In this document: piece after piece, positions 37,833-45,917 of the stretch | How the letters are laid out: the number at the start of each line of letters is the position of its first letter | Position numbering within the stretch: the first letter of the stretch is position 1 | Assembly: GCA_050174915.1 (NCBI GenBank) | Contig: JBFXJL010000001.1 | Span: 539,346-603,345 of the forward strand | Reading direction: 5' to 3' | DNA: 64,000 nt | Origin: Elusimicrobiales bacterium | GTDB lineage: Bacteria; Elusimicrobiota; Elusimicrobia; Elusimicrobiales; UBA9959 | Program-made: the position numbers and the translations under genes | The notes under the pieces: generated by a model | The model's input: the letters and a program-made list of their open reading frames with translations, nothing else | Database searches by the model: none | Told to the model about the DNA's origin: nothing

Positions 37833-37993
37833 CAGCCGGCGGCCTTGCCGGAATTATTCTTCCGGCTGAGGGTCACCGAGTCCTTGCAGCCGGGGCATTT
37901 TACGTCCAGGCCCGACAGGTCCAGCTTGACGTAATCCTTCTCGAAGATCTCCTTGCTGGTATAGCGCGGCTCCAGCCATTTTCCGTCTTTCAT
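37799..37993 (-). CDS. small zinc-ribbon protein (64 aa)
   Basis: ORF 37799..38050. The start is moved to ATG 37993, which has a perfect AGGAGG 6 nt upstream. Translation: MKDGKWLEPRYTSKEIFEKDYVKLDLSGLDVKCPGCKDS...WCKRCSRAVTL (CPGC...CKRC). Confidence 0.6.
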   Translation of the reverse strand: MKDGKWLEPRYTSKEIFEKDYVKLDLSGLDVKCPGCKDSVTLSRKNNSGKAAGWCKRCSRAVTL

Positions 37994-38001
37994 TTTTCCT
38001 C

Positions 38002-39156
38002 CTAACCCCCGATAATTTTTACCAAGTCGCGCAGCGCGGCAGGGGCCCACAACGACGAGAATGCTGCCCCCAGCGTGAGCGCTGAGAAAACGTAGAAATA
38101 TTTTACCGAGTACAACCCGCCGAGAAAGCCGCCGGCCGCCGGCAGGTCCAGGCCGAAGACGGTGTAGCGCAGCCCGCCTTTAGGGCAGGCGTCCAGGCAT
38201 TGCCCGCAGAGGTTACAGTAGGCCAGGATCTCGGCCTTGCCGCCGAGGGCGCAGCTGATGGCCGTCATCGGGCAGGCGGCCACACAGCTCCGGCAGCCGC
38301 TGCACTGGTCGGCCGCGGCCGTCAGGCGGAAAGGATTCAGTCTGCCCCAGAAAGCCTGCCAGGCGGCGAAAGGACAGAGAAAGGAACAGAAGAAGCGCTT
38401 GCGGGTCAGCAGCGGCGCTATTACCAGCGCGGCCAGGGCCGCCAGCATCAGCGCGTACTGGGCGGTCCGGTGCCACCCCTGCCCGTCGAGAAAGGAGCCC
38501 GTGAGCTTGAACGGGCAGAGCCACAGGCAATACACCGGCAGCGCGTAGCCAAGCGACAGCAGCAGCAGGAAGATCAGCAGCGCCGCCGGCAGGTCGCGCG
38601 CTTTCAGCGCCCAGCGGTCGATCTTAAGCAGCGGTTTTTTGGGCAGGGCGCTCAGCCCGTCGTCGATGCCGCCGTAGAAGCAGGCCCATGAGCACCAGGC
38701 CCGGCCGATGGCCAGCGTGACGAACAGCCAGAGCGCGCCCAGGCTCAGCGGCCCCCACAAGGCCCAGCCGCCGGCGGCGAGCGCGAGGTACTGCTGGCGC
38801 AGGTAATTCAGAAAATACGGGGCCATCGCTATATGGCAGAAAGGCGTGTCCGTAAAACATGACGGAGCCAGCGACTTGGAGACCAGGCCGAGTTTGAAAT
38901 GCAGCAGGAAAGCCAGTGCGGAGACCGAGAAAAACAGCCTGCGCCAGGAGGAGACGCGGCCGGTGTAGGCTATGGCGAAGGCCGTCCCCCCGGCGAACAG
39001 CGCCCAGGCCAGCGCGTAGAGCCTGCTGATCTCCCTGCCCGCTATCGCCGAGGAGAAGAACAGAACCGGCACGAAAACCAGAAGCGCAAAGACCGCGGCG
39101 GCGGGCGCCGTGTTCCCGTTTTCGGCCGCGGGCTTCATCGGCAAGGGAAGTTTCAC
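38002..39156 (-). CDS. NapH/MauN/NosH-type membrane polyferredoxin (2 CX3CP motifs plus 2 [4Fe-4S] ferredoxin motifs)
   Basis: Polytopic. CX3CP motifs: CLWLCPF and CSFLCPF. Ferredoxin motifs: CSGCRSCVAACP and CNLCGQCLDACP. The start is either GTG 39156 (GTGA overlap with the upstream stop) or ATG 39138. Confidence 0.75.
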   Translation of the reverse strand: MKLPLPMKPAAENGNTAPAAAVFALLVFVPVLFFSSAIAGREISRLYALAWALFAGGTAFAIAYTGRVSSWRRLFFSVSALAFLLHFKLGLVSKSLAPSCFTDTPFCHIAMAPYFLNYLRQQYLALAAGGWALWGPLSLGALWLFVTLAIGRAWCSWACFYGGIDDGLSALPKKPLLKIDRWALKARDLPAALLIFLLLLSLGYALPVYCLWLCPFKLTGSFLDGQGWHRTAQYALMLAALAALVIAPLLTRKRFFCSFLCPFAAWQAFWGRLNPFRLTAAADQCSGCRSCVAACPMTAISCALGGKAEILAYCNLCGQCLDACPKGGLRYTVFGLDLPAAGGFLGGLYSVKYFYVFSALTLGAAFSSLWAPAALRDLVKIIGG

Positions 39157-40619
39157 CGTTGTCTCCCCTCCTCGAACGAGTCTACCGTAAAGGAATACAA
39201 GTCGGTACCGGCCTGCCGCCAGCAGTCGCGCGGCAACCCCGCTTTCTGGGCGCAGAGCTCGCCCATAAAATCATCTTTGGCCGGGATCTGGTCCCAGACC
39301 TGAGGCAGGAAAAGGCCGCTGCGGCCGTCCTTGCGCAAAAAGACTCCGGAGCCGTGCTTTATGGCGTCAGGCTGCACCGGCTCGAGGGGCGACAGCACGG
39401 AGATCTCCAGGCGTACCGCGGCTAATTCGTCCTCGCGCAGCGGCTTGAAGCGGCCGTCCTCGAACGCGGCGCCGAGGGCGCCGTAGCGCACGGCGTCGGC
39501 CAGCGTAAGTGCGGGCTGGACAGTGCCCACGCAGCCGCGCAGCGCGCCGCTCCGCAGCAGGGTCACGAAAGCCGCCCCCGGCAGGTTCAGCCGGGGATCG
39601 GCGTGCAGGCCGGCCGGGCTTTCCCCCCCGGAGAAATGCCGCTCCAGCGCCAGGCGGGCCTCGCTCAGGAGGGCCGCCTTTTGCTCTTTTGAGAGAGCAA
39701 GACTTGCGGGCCGGCCGGTTTTCAGGAAAAGGCCGGAAAGATAACCGACCACGCGGTCCGGGGAGCCCGCCGGGTTCTGGTCGTAGGAATTGGAAAGCGC
39801 CAGCGACCGGAAAGACTTAGCCCCCAGCAGGCGCGCGGCCGTGAGACCGGCTTCTATGGCTGCCTCGCCGCAGGCGCAGGTGTCCAGCCCGGGTATCTTT
39901 TTGCGCGCTATGAACTGCGCCGCGTCGCGCAGCAGGGCCGGGTCCATGGCCTCCAGGGCCAGGCGCAGCGCCCCGTCGGAAGCGGCGGCGTCGGCCCTGG
40001 ACGGGTAATGGGAAAGGTCGGCCGAGATCACGAGCAGCGCCTTTTTGCCTTTCAGCGCGCCGGCCAGGGCTGCGCCTATCTCCGCCCGCTCGGCCGGGCC
40101 GGCGGCGTTAAGGGTGGCGGCCAGCAGCTTGAAAGGTTTCTTCAGCCGGCGCTGCAGGAAAGGCAGTTGCACCTCCACGGCATGCTCGGCCGCGTGGGCC
40201 GAAGGCTTGTCCTCGAAGAGAGGGCTGGCTTTTACCAGCGCGGCCGCCAGGGCGCGATCGGGCTCCACCCTGCCCAGGGGCGTGACATAGGCGTCGGAGG
40301 CCAGCAGGGCAGCGCCGCGCACCCCCTCGGTATGCCCGGTGGCCAGGATGACAACGGTGTCGTAGCGGTCGGCGGTATATTTATAGGCGAGACCCGCCAG
40401 GCGGCCGGAGTATTCGTATCCGGCATGCGGCGCCAGCACCGCCGCGATCTCCCCCTCCGGCCCTGGGATCTTCCCGGCGGACAGGTACCCGTCCACGGCC
40501 GCGGCGAGAGCCGCGGGGTCCGACGGGTAGAAGCGGCCCGCTACGGCCGCTTCGCGCGCCCCCGCGGCTGCGCAGGAGGAGAGGCACAGCGCGGCGGAGA
40601 GTAACAATTCCAGACGCAT
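39153..40619 (-). CDS. fusion of Memo-like (AmmeMemoRadiSam system protein B) and AMMECR1 (protein A) domains, with an N-terminal lipoprotein-like signal
   Basis: N-terminus MRLELLLSAALCLSSCAAAG (lipobox-like LSSC). Memo blocks: GRFYPSDP, LAPHAGYEYSG, ADLSHY. C-terminal AMMECR1 block: AFVTLLRSGALRGCVGTVQP...AFEDGRFKPL...LEISVLSPLEPV. Confidence 0.8.
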   Translation of the reverse strand: MRLELLLSAALCLSSCAAAGAREAAVAGRFYPSDPAALAAAVDGYLSAGKIPGPEGEIAAVLAPHAGYEYSGRLAGLAYKYTADRYDTVVILATGHTEGVRGAALLASDAYVTPLGRVEPDRALAAALVKASPLFEDKPSAHAAEHAVEVQLPFLQRRLKKPFKLLAATLNAAGPAERAEIGAALAGALKGKKALLVISADLSHYPSRADAAASDGALRLALEAMDPALLRDAAQFIARKKIPGLDTCACGEAAIEAGLTAARLLGAKSFRSLALSNSYDQNPAGSPDRVVGYLSGLFLKTGRPASLALSKEQKAALLSEARLALERHFSGGESPAGLHADPRLNLPGAAFVTLLRSGALRGCVGTVQPALTLADAVRYGALGAAFEDGRFKPLREDELAAVRLEISVLSPLEPVQPDAIKHGSGVFLRKDGRSGLFLPQVWDQIPAKDDFMGELCAQKAGLPRDCWRQAGTDLYSFTVDSFEEGRQR

Positions 40620-40620
40620 A

Positions 40621-40929
40621 TTACTTACCGGGGGCGGCGGGTCCGGCGTAAACCAGCGTCTTTATACGGCCGCCGTAGTTGACCCTGACCTTGCAGCGGC
40701 CGACGGCGCCTTCCGGCAGGAAGCACTCGTAGGGGCAGAGACGGCACTGCAGGCCGTTGCACGCGGGCACGGCAAAGCGGCCCGGCCGCACGTTCGGGTG
40801 CTCCGGCGGGTAGACGAGGGAGAAGGTGGATGGAGGCGGGTAAAAAGCCGCAAGGGCGGAGGCGCCCAGCGCCGCGCAGGCGGTTAATACCGCCCACAGC
40901 GCCGCCGCCTTCCGCCCTTGCAGTTTCAT
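40621..40929 (-). CDS. small exported Cys-rich protein resembling only the N-terminal motif of the AmmeMemoRadiSam radical-SAM enzyme
   Basis: ORF 40621..41046. The start is moved to ATG 40929 (MKLQGRKAAALWAVLTACAALGASALAAF, signal-like; TAATG overlap with the LOG stop). LQCRLCPYECFLPEGAVGRCKVRVNYGGRIKTLVYAG matches the V-C-x-L-C-P-x-x-C-x-[ILV]-x-x-G-x-x-G-x-C-x-V-R-x-N-x-x-G-x-[LI]-x-[ST]-L-V-Y-G pattern that precedes the CxxxCxxC core in PflX-type enzymes. The protein then stops. Confidence 0.6.
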   Translation of the reverse strand: MKLQGRKAAALWAVLTACAALGASALAAFYPPPSTFSLVYPPEHPNVRPGRFAVPACNGLQCRLCPYECFLPEGAVGRCKVRVNYGGRIKTLVYAGPAAPGK

Positions 40930-41789
40930 TATTTCCCGTTGGCCAGCGGGTACTTCTTGTAGAAGTCCTCTATATGCTCGAGGATCTCGGCGCCGGTCTC
41001 GGCGTACCTGAACAGCTTGAGGTCTTCCTTGGCGATATAGCCCCACTTGGCCATGTTAGGGAAGTTGATCACGTCCTGCCAGTAGTCCTTGCCGACCAGG
41101 ATGATGGGCAGGCGGGTCTTCTTGCCGGTCTGCACCAGCGTCAGCACCTCGAAGAGTTCGTCCATGGTGCCGAAGCCGCCGGGGAAAGCCACCAGCGCGC
41201 GGGCCCGCATGACGAAGTGCATCTTGCGGATGGCGAAGTAGTGAAAGCGGAAGCAGAATTCCGGGGAGATGTAGGGGTTGGGGCCCTGCTCCATGTCGAG
41301 CGTGATGTTGAGGCCGATGTTCTTGGCGCCGGCGTCGTGGGCTCCGCGGTTGGCGGCTTCCATGATGCCGGGGCCGCCGCCGGTGACCACCACGAGCTTG
41401 CGGTCCTTGAACACGTCCGCCTGCGAGACCAGGCGGCCGAAGTCGCGGGCCACGTCGTAATACTTGACGGACTTCTTGAGCCCTTCCACCGAAGCCAGCT
41501 TGCTCTTGAGCAAGGGATTCTTAGGGTCCTTGCGGAGCATGGCGCGCACTTGGGCCGACCGCTCCTCGGACTGCGGCTTATCCCAGATGCGGGCGCTGCC
41601 GAAGACCACGACCGTGGACTTTACGCCGTGCTCGCTCAGCGTCATCTCCGGCTTCTGCAGCTCCAGTTGCAGGCGCACCGGGCGCATCGCGTCGCTGCTG
41701 AGAAATTCGGGGTCCAGGTAGGCTTTCCGGTAGGCTTTGGCCCTGCGAAGCGTCATAACTTCCTTGCTGATCTTGGGTTTCTTGTTCAC
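40929..41789 (-). CDS. LOG-family (TIGR00730, lysine-decarboxylase-like) nucleotide phosphoribohydrolase
   Basis: 286 aa. Motifs VVTGGGPGIMEAANRGA and FPGGFGTMDELFEVLTLVQTGK. Confidence 0.85.
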   Translation of the reverse strand: MNKKPKISKEVMTLRRAKAYRKAYLDPEFLSSDAMRPVRLQLELQKPEMTLSEHGVKSTVVVFGSARIWDKPQSEERSAQVRAMLRKDPKNPLLKSKLASVEGLKKSVKYYDVARDFGRLVSQADVFKDRKLVVVTGGGPGIMEAANRGAHDAGAKNIGLNITLDMEQGPNPYISPEFCFRFHYFAIRKMHFVMRARALVAFPGGFGTMDELFEVLTLVQTGKKTRLPIILVGKDYWQDVINFPNMAKWGYIAKEDLKLFRYAETGAEILEHIEDFYKKYPLANGK

Positions 41790-41819
41790 GGTTGCTCCTT
41801 GTTGCGTTGTGTTGCGGAT

Positions 41820-43703
41820 CTATGTGCGCGCGCTGGGCGCCTGGCGGCCCAGCCAGGCCGCGGCCGCCGCGGCCATGCGCTCCGGCGAAAGGCCGGTGTC
41901 GGCGTAAAGCTCCTCGGGCTTGCCCTGTTCCACGTAGGCGTCGGCGATGCCGAGCCGCAGCACGCGGGCCTGGATGTCTTCGGCGTTGAGGTACTCCAGC
42001 ACGGCCGAACCGAAGCCGCCGGCCAGCGCGCCGTCCTCGGCCGTCACCAGCGGGCCGGCCGCGGCCAGCTCCCGGATCAGGTCGCCGTCGAGGGGCTTGA
42101 TGAAGCGCATGTCGGCCACCCCGGCGTCTATGCCGGAGGCTTTCAGCAGCTCGGCCGCCCGCAGCGCCGGGTGTACCCGGTTGCCGATGGCCAGGAAATT
42201 CAGGTCGCGCCCGCTCGAGAGGATCCGCCCTCTGCCGATCGGCAACGGCTTAGGCTCGGGGTCCATGGACACGCCATAGCCCCGGCCGCGGGGATAGCGC
42301 AGCAGCGCGGGCAGGCCGCAGGCGAAAGCCGTAGCCAGCATGTGCTGCAGCTCGTTCTCGTCGGCCGGCGCCATGGCTACCACGTCGGGCAGCGTGCGGA
42401 AGATGGCCATGTCGAAAACGCCGTGATGCGTGGGCCCGTCCTCTCCCACCAGGCCGGCGCGGTCCATGGCGATGACCACCGGCAGTTTCTGCAAAGAAAC
42501 GTCGTGCTGCACCTGGTCGTAGGAGCGCTGCATGAACGAGGAGTAGACCGCGACCAGGGGGCGGGCGCCTTCGGCGGCGAGGCCGGCGGCGAAAGTGACG
42601 GCGTGCTCCTCGGCTATGCCCACGTCGTAGTACCGGCGCGGGAAGGCGTCGCGGAACTTGTCCAGGCCGGTGCCTTCGGGCATCGCGGCCGTGATGGCGC
42701 AGATGCGGGGATCTTTTTTTGCCAGCCGCACCAGGGTGTCGCCGAACACGGCGGTGAAAGTGGGAGCGCCGCCCCCGCCGCTTTTCCTGACCAGCTCGCC
42801 GGTCTCGATGTCGAACTTGGGCGTGCCGTGAAAATGGGTGGGCGCGTCCTCGGCGGGCTCGTAGCCGCGGCCCTTCTTGGTCACCACGTGCAGCAGCACG
42901 GGCCCCTTGAGTTTCTGGACGTAACCGAGCACCTCTACGAGCTCCTCGATATTGTGGCCGTCCACGGGGCCGTAATAATGGAAGCCCATCTCCTCGAAGA
43001 TCATGCCGGGAAAGAACATGACCCGGGCGCGCTTGGCCACGCGCAGGATCTTCTTGCCCCAGAACTCGAAGCGGTTGAGGAACAGCTCGAACTTGCGCTC
43101 GGCGTTCTGCACCGTGCCCAGCGTCAGCAGCTTGGTGAGGATCTTGCCCAGGCGCCCGACGCGCTGCGAGATGAACATCTGGTTGTCGTTGAGCACCACC
43201 AGCAGGTCCGTGTTCAGCTGGCCGACGTTCTGCATGGCCTCCCAGGCCATGCCGCCGGTCATCGCGCCGTCGGCCACCACCGCCACCACGCGGTGCGCGG
43301 TCCCGGCCTGGTCGCGCGCGGCGGCCATGCCGGCCGCGGCCGACAGGGCCGTGGAGGCGTGGCCGGCGCCGAAGGCGTCATACTCGGACTCGTAGCGCTT
43401 GAGGAAGCCCGACAGGCCGCCCTTGGTGCGGATGGTGTGGAACTTATCGGCGCGCCCGGTGAGGATCTTGTGGGCGTAGGCCTGGTGCCCGGTGTCGAAG
43501 ACCAGGCGGTCGCGGGGCGTGTCGAAGACGTAATGCAGCGCGAGGATCAGGTCGGTCGAGCCCAGGCTGCTGGCTAAATGCCCGCCGGTGCGGCTTACGC
43601 CCTCTACGATGAGCTTGCGCACCTCGGCCGCCAGGCGCGGCAGCTCGGCCGCGTTCAGCTTCTTGATGTCTTCCGAGCCTCTGATATTGTTGAGCAATGA
43701 CAT
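41820..43703 (-). CDS. dxs: 1-deoxy-D-xylulose-5-phosphate synthase
   Basis: 627 aa. Motifs GGHLASSLGSTDLILALHYVF, DTGHQAYAHKILTGR, ThDP motif GDGAMTGGMAWEAMN and PDVVAMAPADENE. TAATG overlap with the ispA stop. Confidence 0.95.
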   Translation of the reverse strand: MSLLNNIRGSEDIKKLNAAELPRLAAEVRKLIVEGVSRTGGHLASSLGSTDLILALHYVFDTPRDRLVFDTGHQAYAHKILTGRADKFHTIRTKGGLSGFLKRYESEYDAFGAGHASTALSAAAGMAAARDQAGTAHRVVAVVADGAMTGGMAWEAMQNVGQLNTDLLVVLNDNQMFISQRVGRLGKILTKLLTLGTVQNAERKFELFLNRFEFWGKKILRVAKRARVMFFPGMIFEEMGFHYYGPVDGHNIEELVEVLGYVQKLKGPVLLHVVTKKGRGYEPAEDAPTHFHGTPKFDIETGELVRKSGGGGAPTFTAVFGDTLVRLAKKDPRICAITAAMPEGTGLDKFRDAFPRRYYDVGIAEEHAVTFAAGLAAEGARPLVAVYSSFMQRSYDQVQHDVSLQKLPVVIAMDRAGLVGEDGPTHHGVFDMAIFRTLPDVVAMAPADENELQHMLATAFACGLPALLRYPRGRGYGVSMDPEPKPLPIGRGRILSSGRDLNFLAIGNRVHPALRAAELLKASGIDAGVADMRFIKPLDGDLIRELAAAGPLVTAEDGALAGGFGSAVLEYLNAEDIQARVLRLGIADAYVEQGKPEELYADTGLSPERMAAAAAAWLGRQAPSART

Positions 43704-44644
43704 TAGTTTTCCCGCCTGTAGACGAAATCGGCTATGCCGGCCAGGGCCGCTTTGGGCGCCTCGGCGCCGCGCACCCCGCGCAGCCTGGCCAGCGAGCGCC
43801 GCAGCAGCTCCTCGCCCTCGCGCCGCGCCTGCTCCACGCCCAGCAGCGAGGCGTAGGTTAGTTTCCGGTTGCGGGCGTCGCTGCCGCTCTTGCCCAGCTT
43901 AGCCTTGTCCCCCACCACGTCCAGCACGTCGTCGGCCACCTGAAAACAGAGCCCCAGCTCGCGGCCGAAGGCGGACACCGCCCTGAAATCTTTTTCCGGC
44001 GCGCCGGCCAGCGCGGCGCCCATCTCGACGGCGGCCGTGATCAGGTCCGCGGTCTTGTGCAGGTGAATGTAGGCCAGCAGCGCCTGCCCGGCGGCCCGGC
44101 GGCCGGGCGTCAGGCGGCCTTTCAGGAAGCCTTCTGCCTGCAGGTCCGCGGCCTGGCCGGAAACCATGCCGCGGGCCCCGGCGCGCGCCGAGAGCACGGC
44201 CGCCGCGCGCAGCAAATGCGCCGGTCTCACGCAGGCGGGGTATTTGGAGGCGAGCAGCACGGTGAAGGCGTCGGTCAGCAGGGCGTCGCCGGCCAGGATG
44301 GCCAGGGCCTCGCCGTAAACTTTGTGGCTGGTGGGGCGGCCGCGGCGCAGGTCGTCGTCGTCCATCGCGGGCAGGTCGTCGTGCACCAGGGAATAAGTGT
44401 GCACCATCTCCAGCGCGCAGGCCGCGGGCAGGATGTCGCGGGCCCGGCCGCCGAACATCTCGTAGGCGGCGCCCATCAGCACGGGGCGCAGGCGCTTGCC
44501 GCCGGCGGCCAGGGAATAGGTCATGGCTTCGGCCAGGCGGGGCTGCGCCCCCTTCAGGCCGAGCACGAAAGCGGGCAGGGCCCTGTTGACCGCGGCGGCC
44601 CGTTCTTTAATATATCTTTCGATATCCACGCTTAAATTATACAA
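43703..44644 (-). CDS. ispA: polyprenyl (farnesyl/geranylgeranyl) diphosphate synthase
   Basis: FARM motif LVHDDLPAMDDDDLRRGRPT and SARM motif FQVADDVLD. The start is either TTG 44644 (ORF track) or GTG 44629. Confidence 0.9.
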   Translation of the reverse strand: MYNLSVDIERYIKERAAAVNRALPAFVLGLKGAQPRLAEAMTYSLAAGGKRLRPVLMGAAYEMFGGRARDILPAACALEMVHTYSLVHDDLPAMDDDDLRRGRPTSHKVYGEALAILAGDALLTDAFTVLLASKYPACVRPAHLLRAAAVLSARAGARGMVSGQAADLQAEGFLKGRLTPGRRAAGQALLAYIHLHKTADLITAAVEMGAALAGAPEKDFRAVSAFGRELGLCFQVADDVLDVVGDKAKLGKSGSDARNRKLTYASLLGVEQARREGEELLRRSLARLRGVRGAEAPKAALAGIADFVYRREN

Positions 44645-44689
44645 ATATCGCGGGGATTTGAAGCCGCCGGGCCGCGCGGGGAGCGCGGC

Positions 44690-45727
44690 CTACCAGATGA
44701 ACTGCACTCCCAGGCGATGGGTGGCGCCGAGGCTGCCGTAGTCCACGTAAGAGTAGTCCACGCGGGCCCCGCGCACCAGACTGTTCCTGTCCGCCAGCCG
44801 GTCGAAGTTCATGCCGAAGCCGCCGGAGAGCTTGGAGCCGGCGTCCTTGTTGTTGCGGTAGCCGAGGCGCAGCTGGAACATCTTCATCACGTCCATCTCC
44901 AGGCCGGTTACTGAGATGTAGTCCTGGTCGGTATATTTGACCATGTCCGAGGCCACCGTGAAAATCATGATGTCGTTGATGGTGCGGAAATCCTTGGCCA
45001 CGCCGAAGCGCAGCGACGAGGGCAGGCCGGAGGAGGCCTCCGCGAATTTCTGCCCCCCGCCCAAATTGAGCGCGGACATCCCGAGCTGGAAATGCCGCGG
45101 CAGCACCAGCGTCACCCCGGCGTCGAAAGCGTAGGTGCCGGAGGTTTCCCCGGCGAGTTTTTCGTCGATCTTCTTTACGCTGGCGCCCGCGGCAAGGCGG
45201 TAGACCTTGGGGCGGTAGTCGGTTACCGGCTCTATCCGGCTCCAGGGCGGGTTGATCAGCATCGGGTCCAGGCGGCCGGCGTCCTTCCTGAAATGCGGCC
45301 AGCTCTGCGCCACGGAGAGCACCAGCAGCCGGTGGCCGGTGGAGGTCTTGCCTATGGGCATGTCGTTATCGTCGTAGGCGTCGATGTCGCCGCTGGACAG
45401 CGAGGAGAAAGCCGCGCCCACCGTGGCGAAAGGGAAGCGCCAGGCCACGGCCAGGTACTCCTGCTTAACTCCGATGAGGTACTGGTTATGCGCTCCCGAG
45501 AAAGCGGAGTAGCTCATCAGGCCCAGGCCGGCGGGGTTGTAAAGGATGGAGTCGGGGCCGACCATGGCCGTGTAAGCCTCGCCCATACCACTGGGGAGCG
45601 CGGCCACCGGAATCTTGAGAAAATTAGCGGCTGTGGTGCCCGCCCCCTCGGCGCCGGCGGGCGCGGCAAGGCGGACGGCCAACAGGGCCGCCGCCGCAAC
45701 GCTCTCTAGATACCGCCGCATTTTCAT
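44690..45727 (-). CDS. PorV/PorQ-family-like outer-membrane beta-barrel protein
   Basis: ORF 44690..45784. The start is moved to ATG 45727 (MKMRRYLESVAAAALLAVRLAAPAGA, a signal peptide). The N-terminal block TTAANFLKIPVAALPSGMGEAYTAMVGPDSILYNPAGLG resembles the PorV/UPF0164 signature. Alternating beta-strand pattern, and the protein ends ...RLGVQFIW. Confidence 0.55.
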   Translation of the reverse strand: MKMRRYLESVAAAALLAVRLAAPAGAEGAGTTAANFLKIPVAALPSGMGEAYTAMVGPDSILYNPAGLGLMSYSAFSGAHNQYLIGVKQEYLAVAWRFPFATVGAAFSSLSSGDIDAYDDNDMPIGKTSTGHRLLVLSVAQSWPHFRKDAGRLDPMLINPPWSRIEPVTDYRPKVYRLAAGASVKKIDEKLAGETSGTYAFDAGVTLVLPRHFQLGMSALNLGGGQKFAEASSGLPSSLRFGVAKDFRTINDIMIFTVASDMVKYTDQDYISVTGLEMDVMKMFQLRLGYRNNKDAGSKLSGGFGMNFDRLADRNSLVRGARVDYSYVDYGSLGATHRLGVQFIW

Positions 45728-45917
45728 ATGGCAAAATGGCAGACAGGCCCAAAAACGCCCGTTCGCCGACATTATAGTATACACTAATGATAAAGCATTT
45801 CAATGACAGATTTGTTACAGTCCGCGGCGCTTTCTCCGCCCCTTGCGGTTCTCCTTGTGCCCGCCGCCCGCACTATAATATAATCGGTTAATACGCATAT
45901 TAATGCGGGGGACCCTA

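Noticed and set aside
40830-43577. 915-aa + strand ORF antisense to LOG and dxs
   Set aside because: The composition is the same G+C artefact (runs of G, A, R, H, V), while dxs on the opposite strand is unambiguous.
43703-44690. Expected xseB upstream of ispA-dxs
   Set aside because: Only 45 nt separate ispA from the PorV-like gene, and no small ORF of the xseB type is present.
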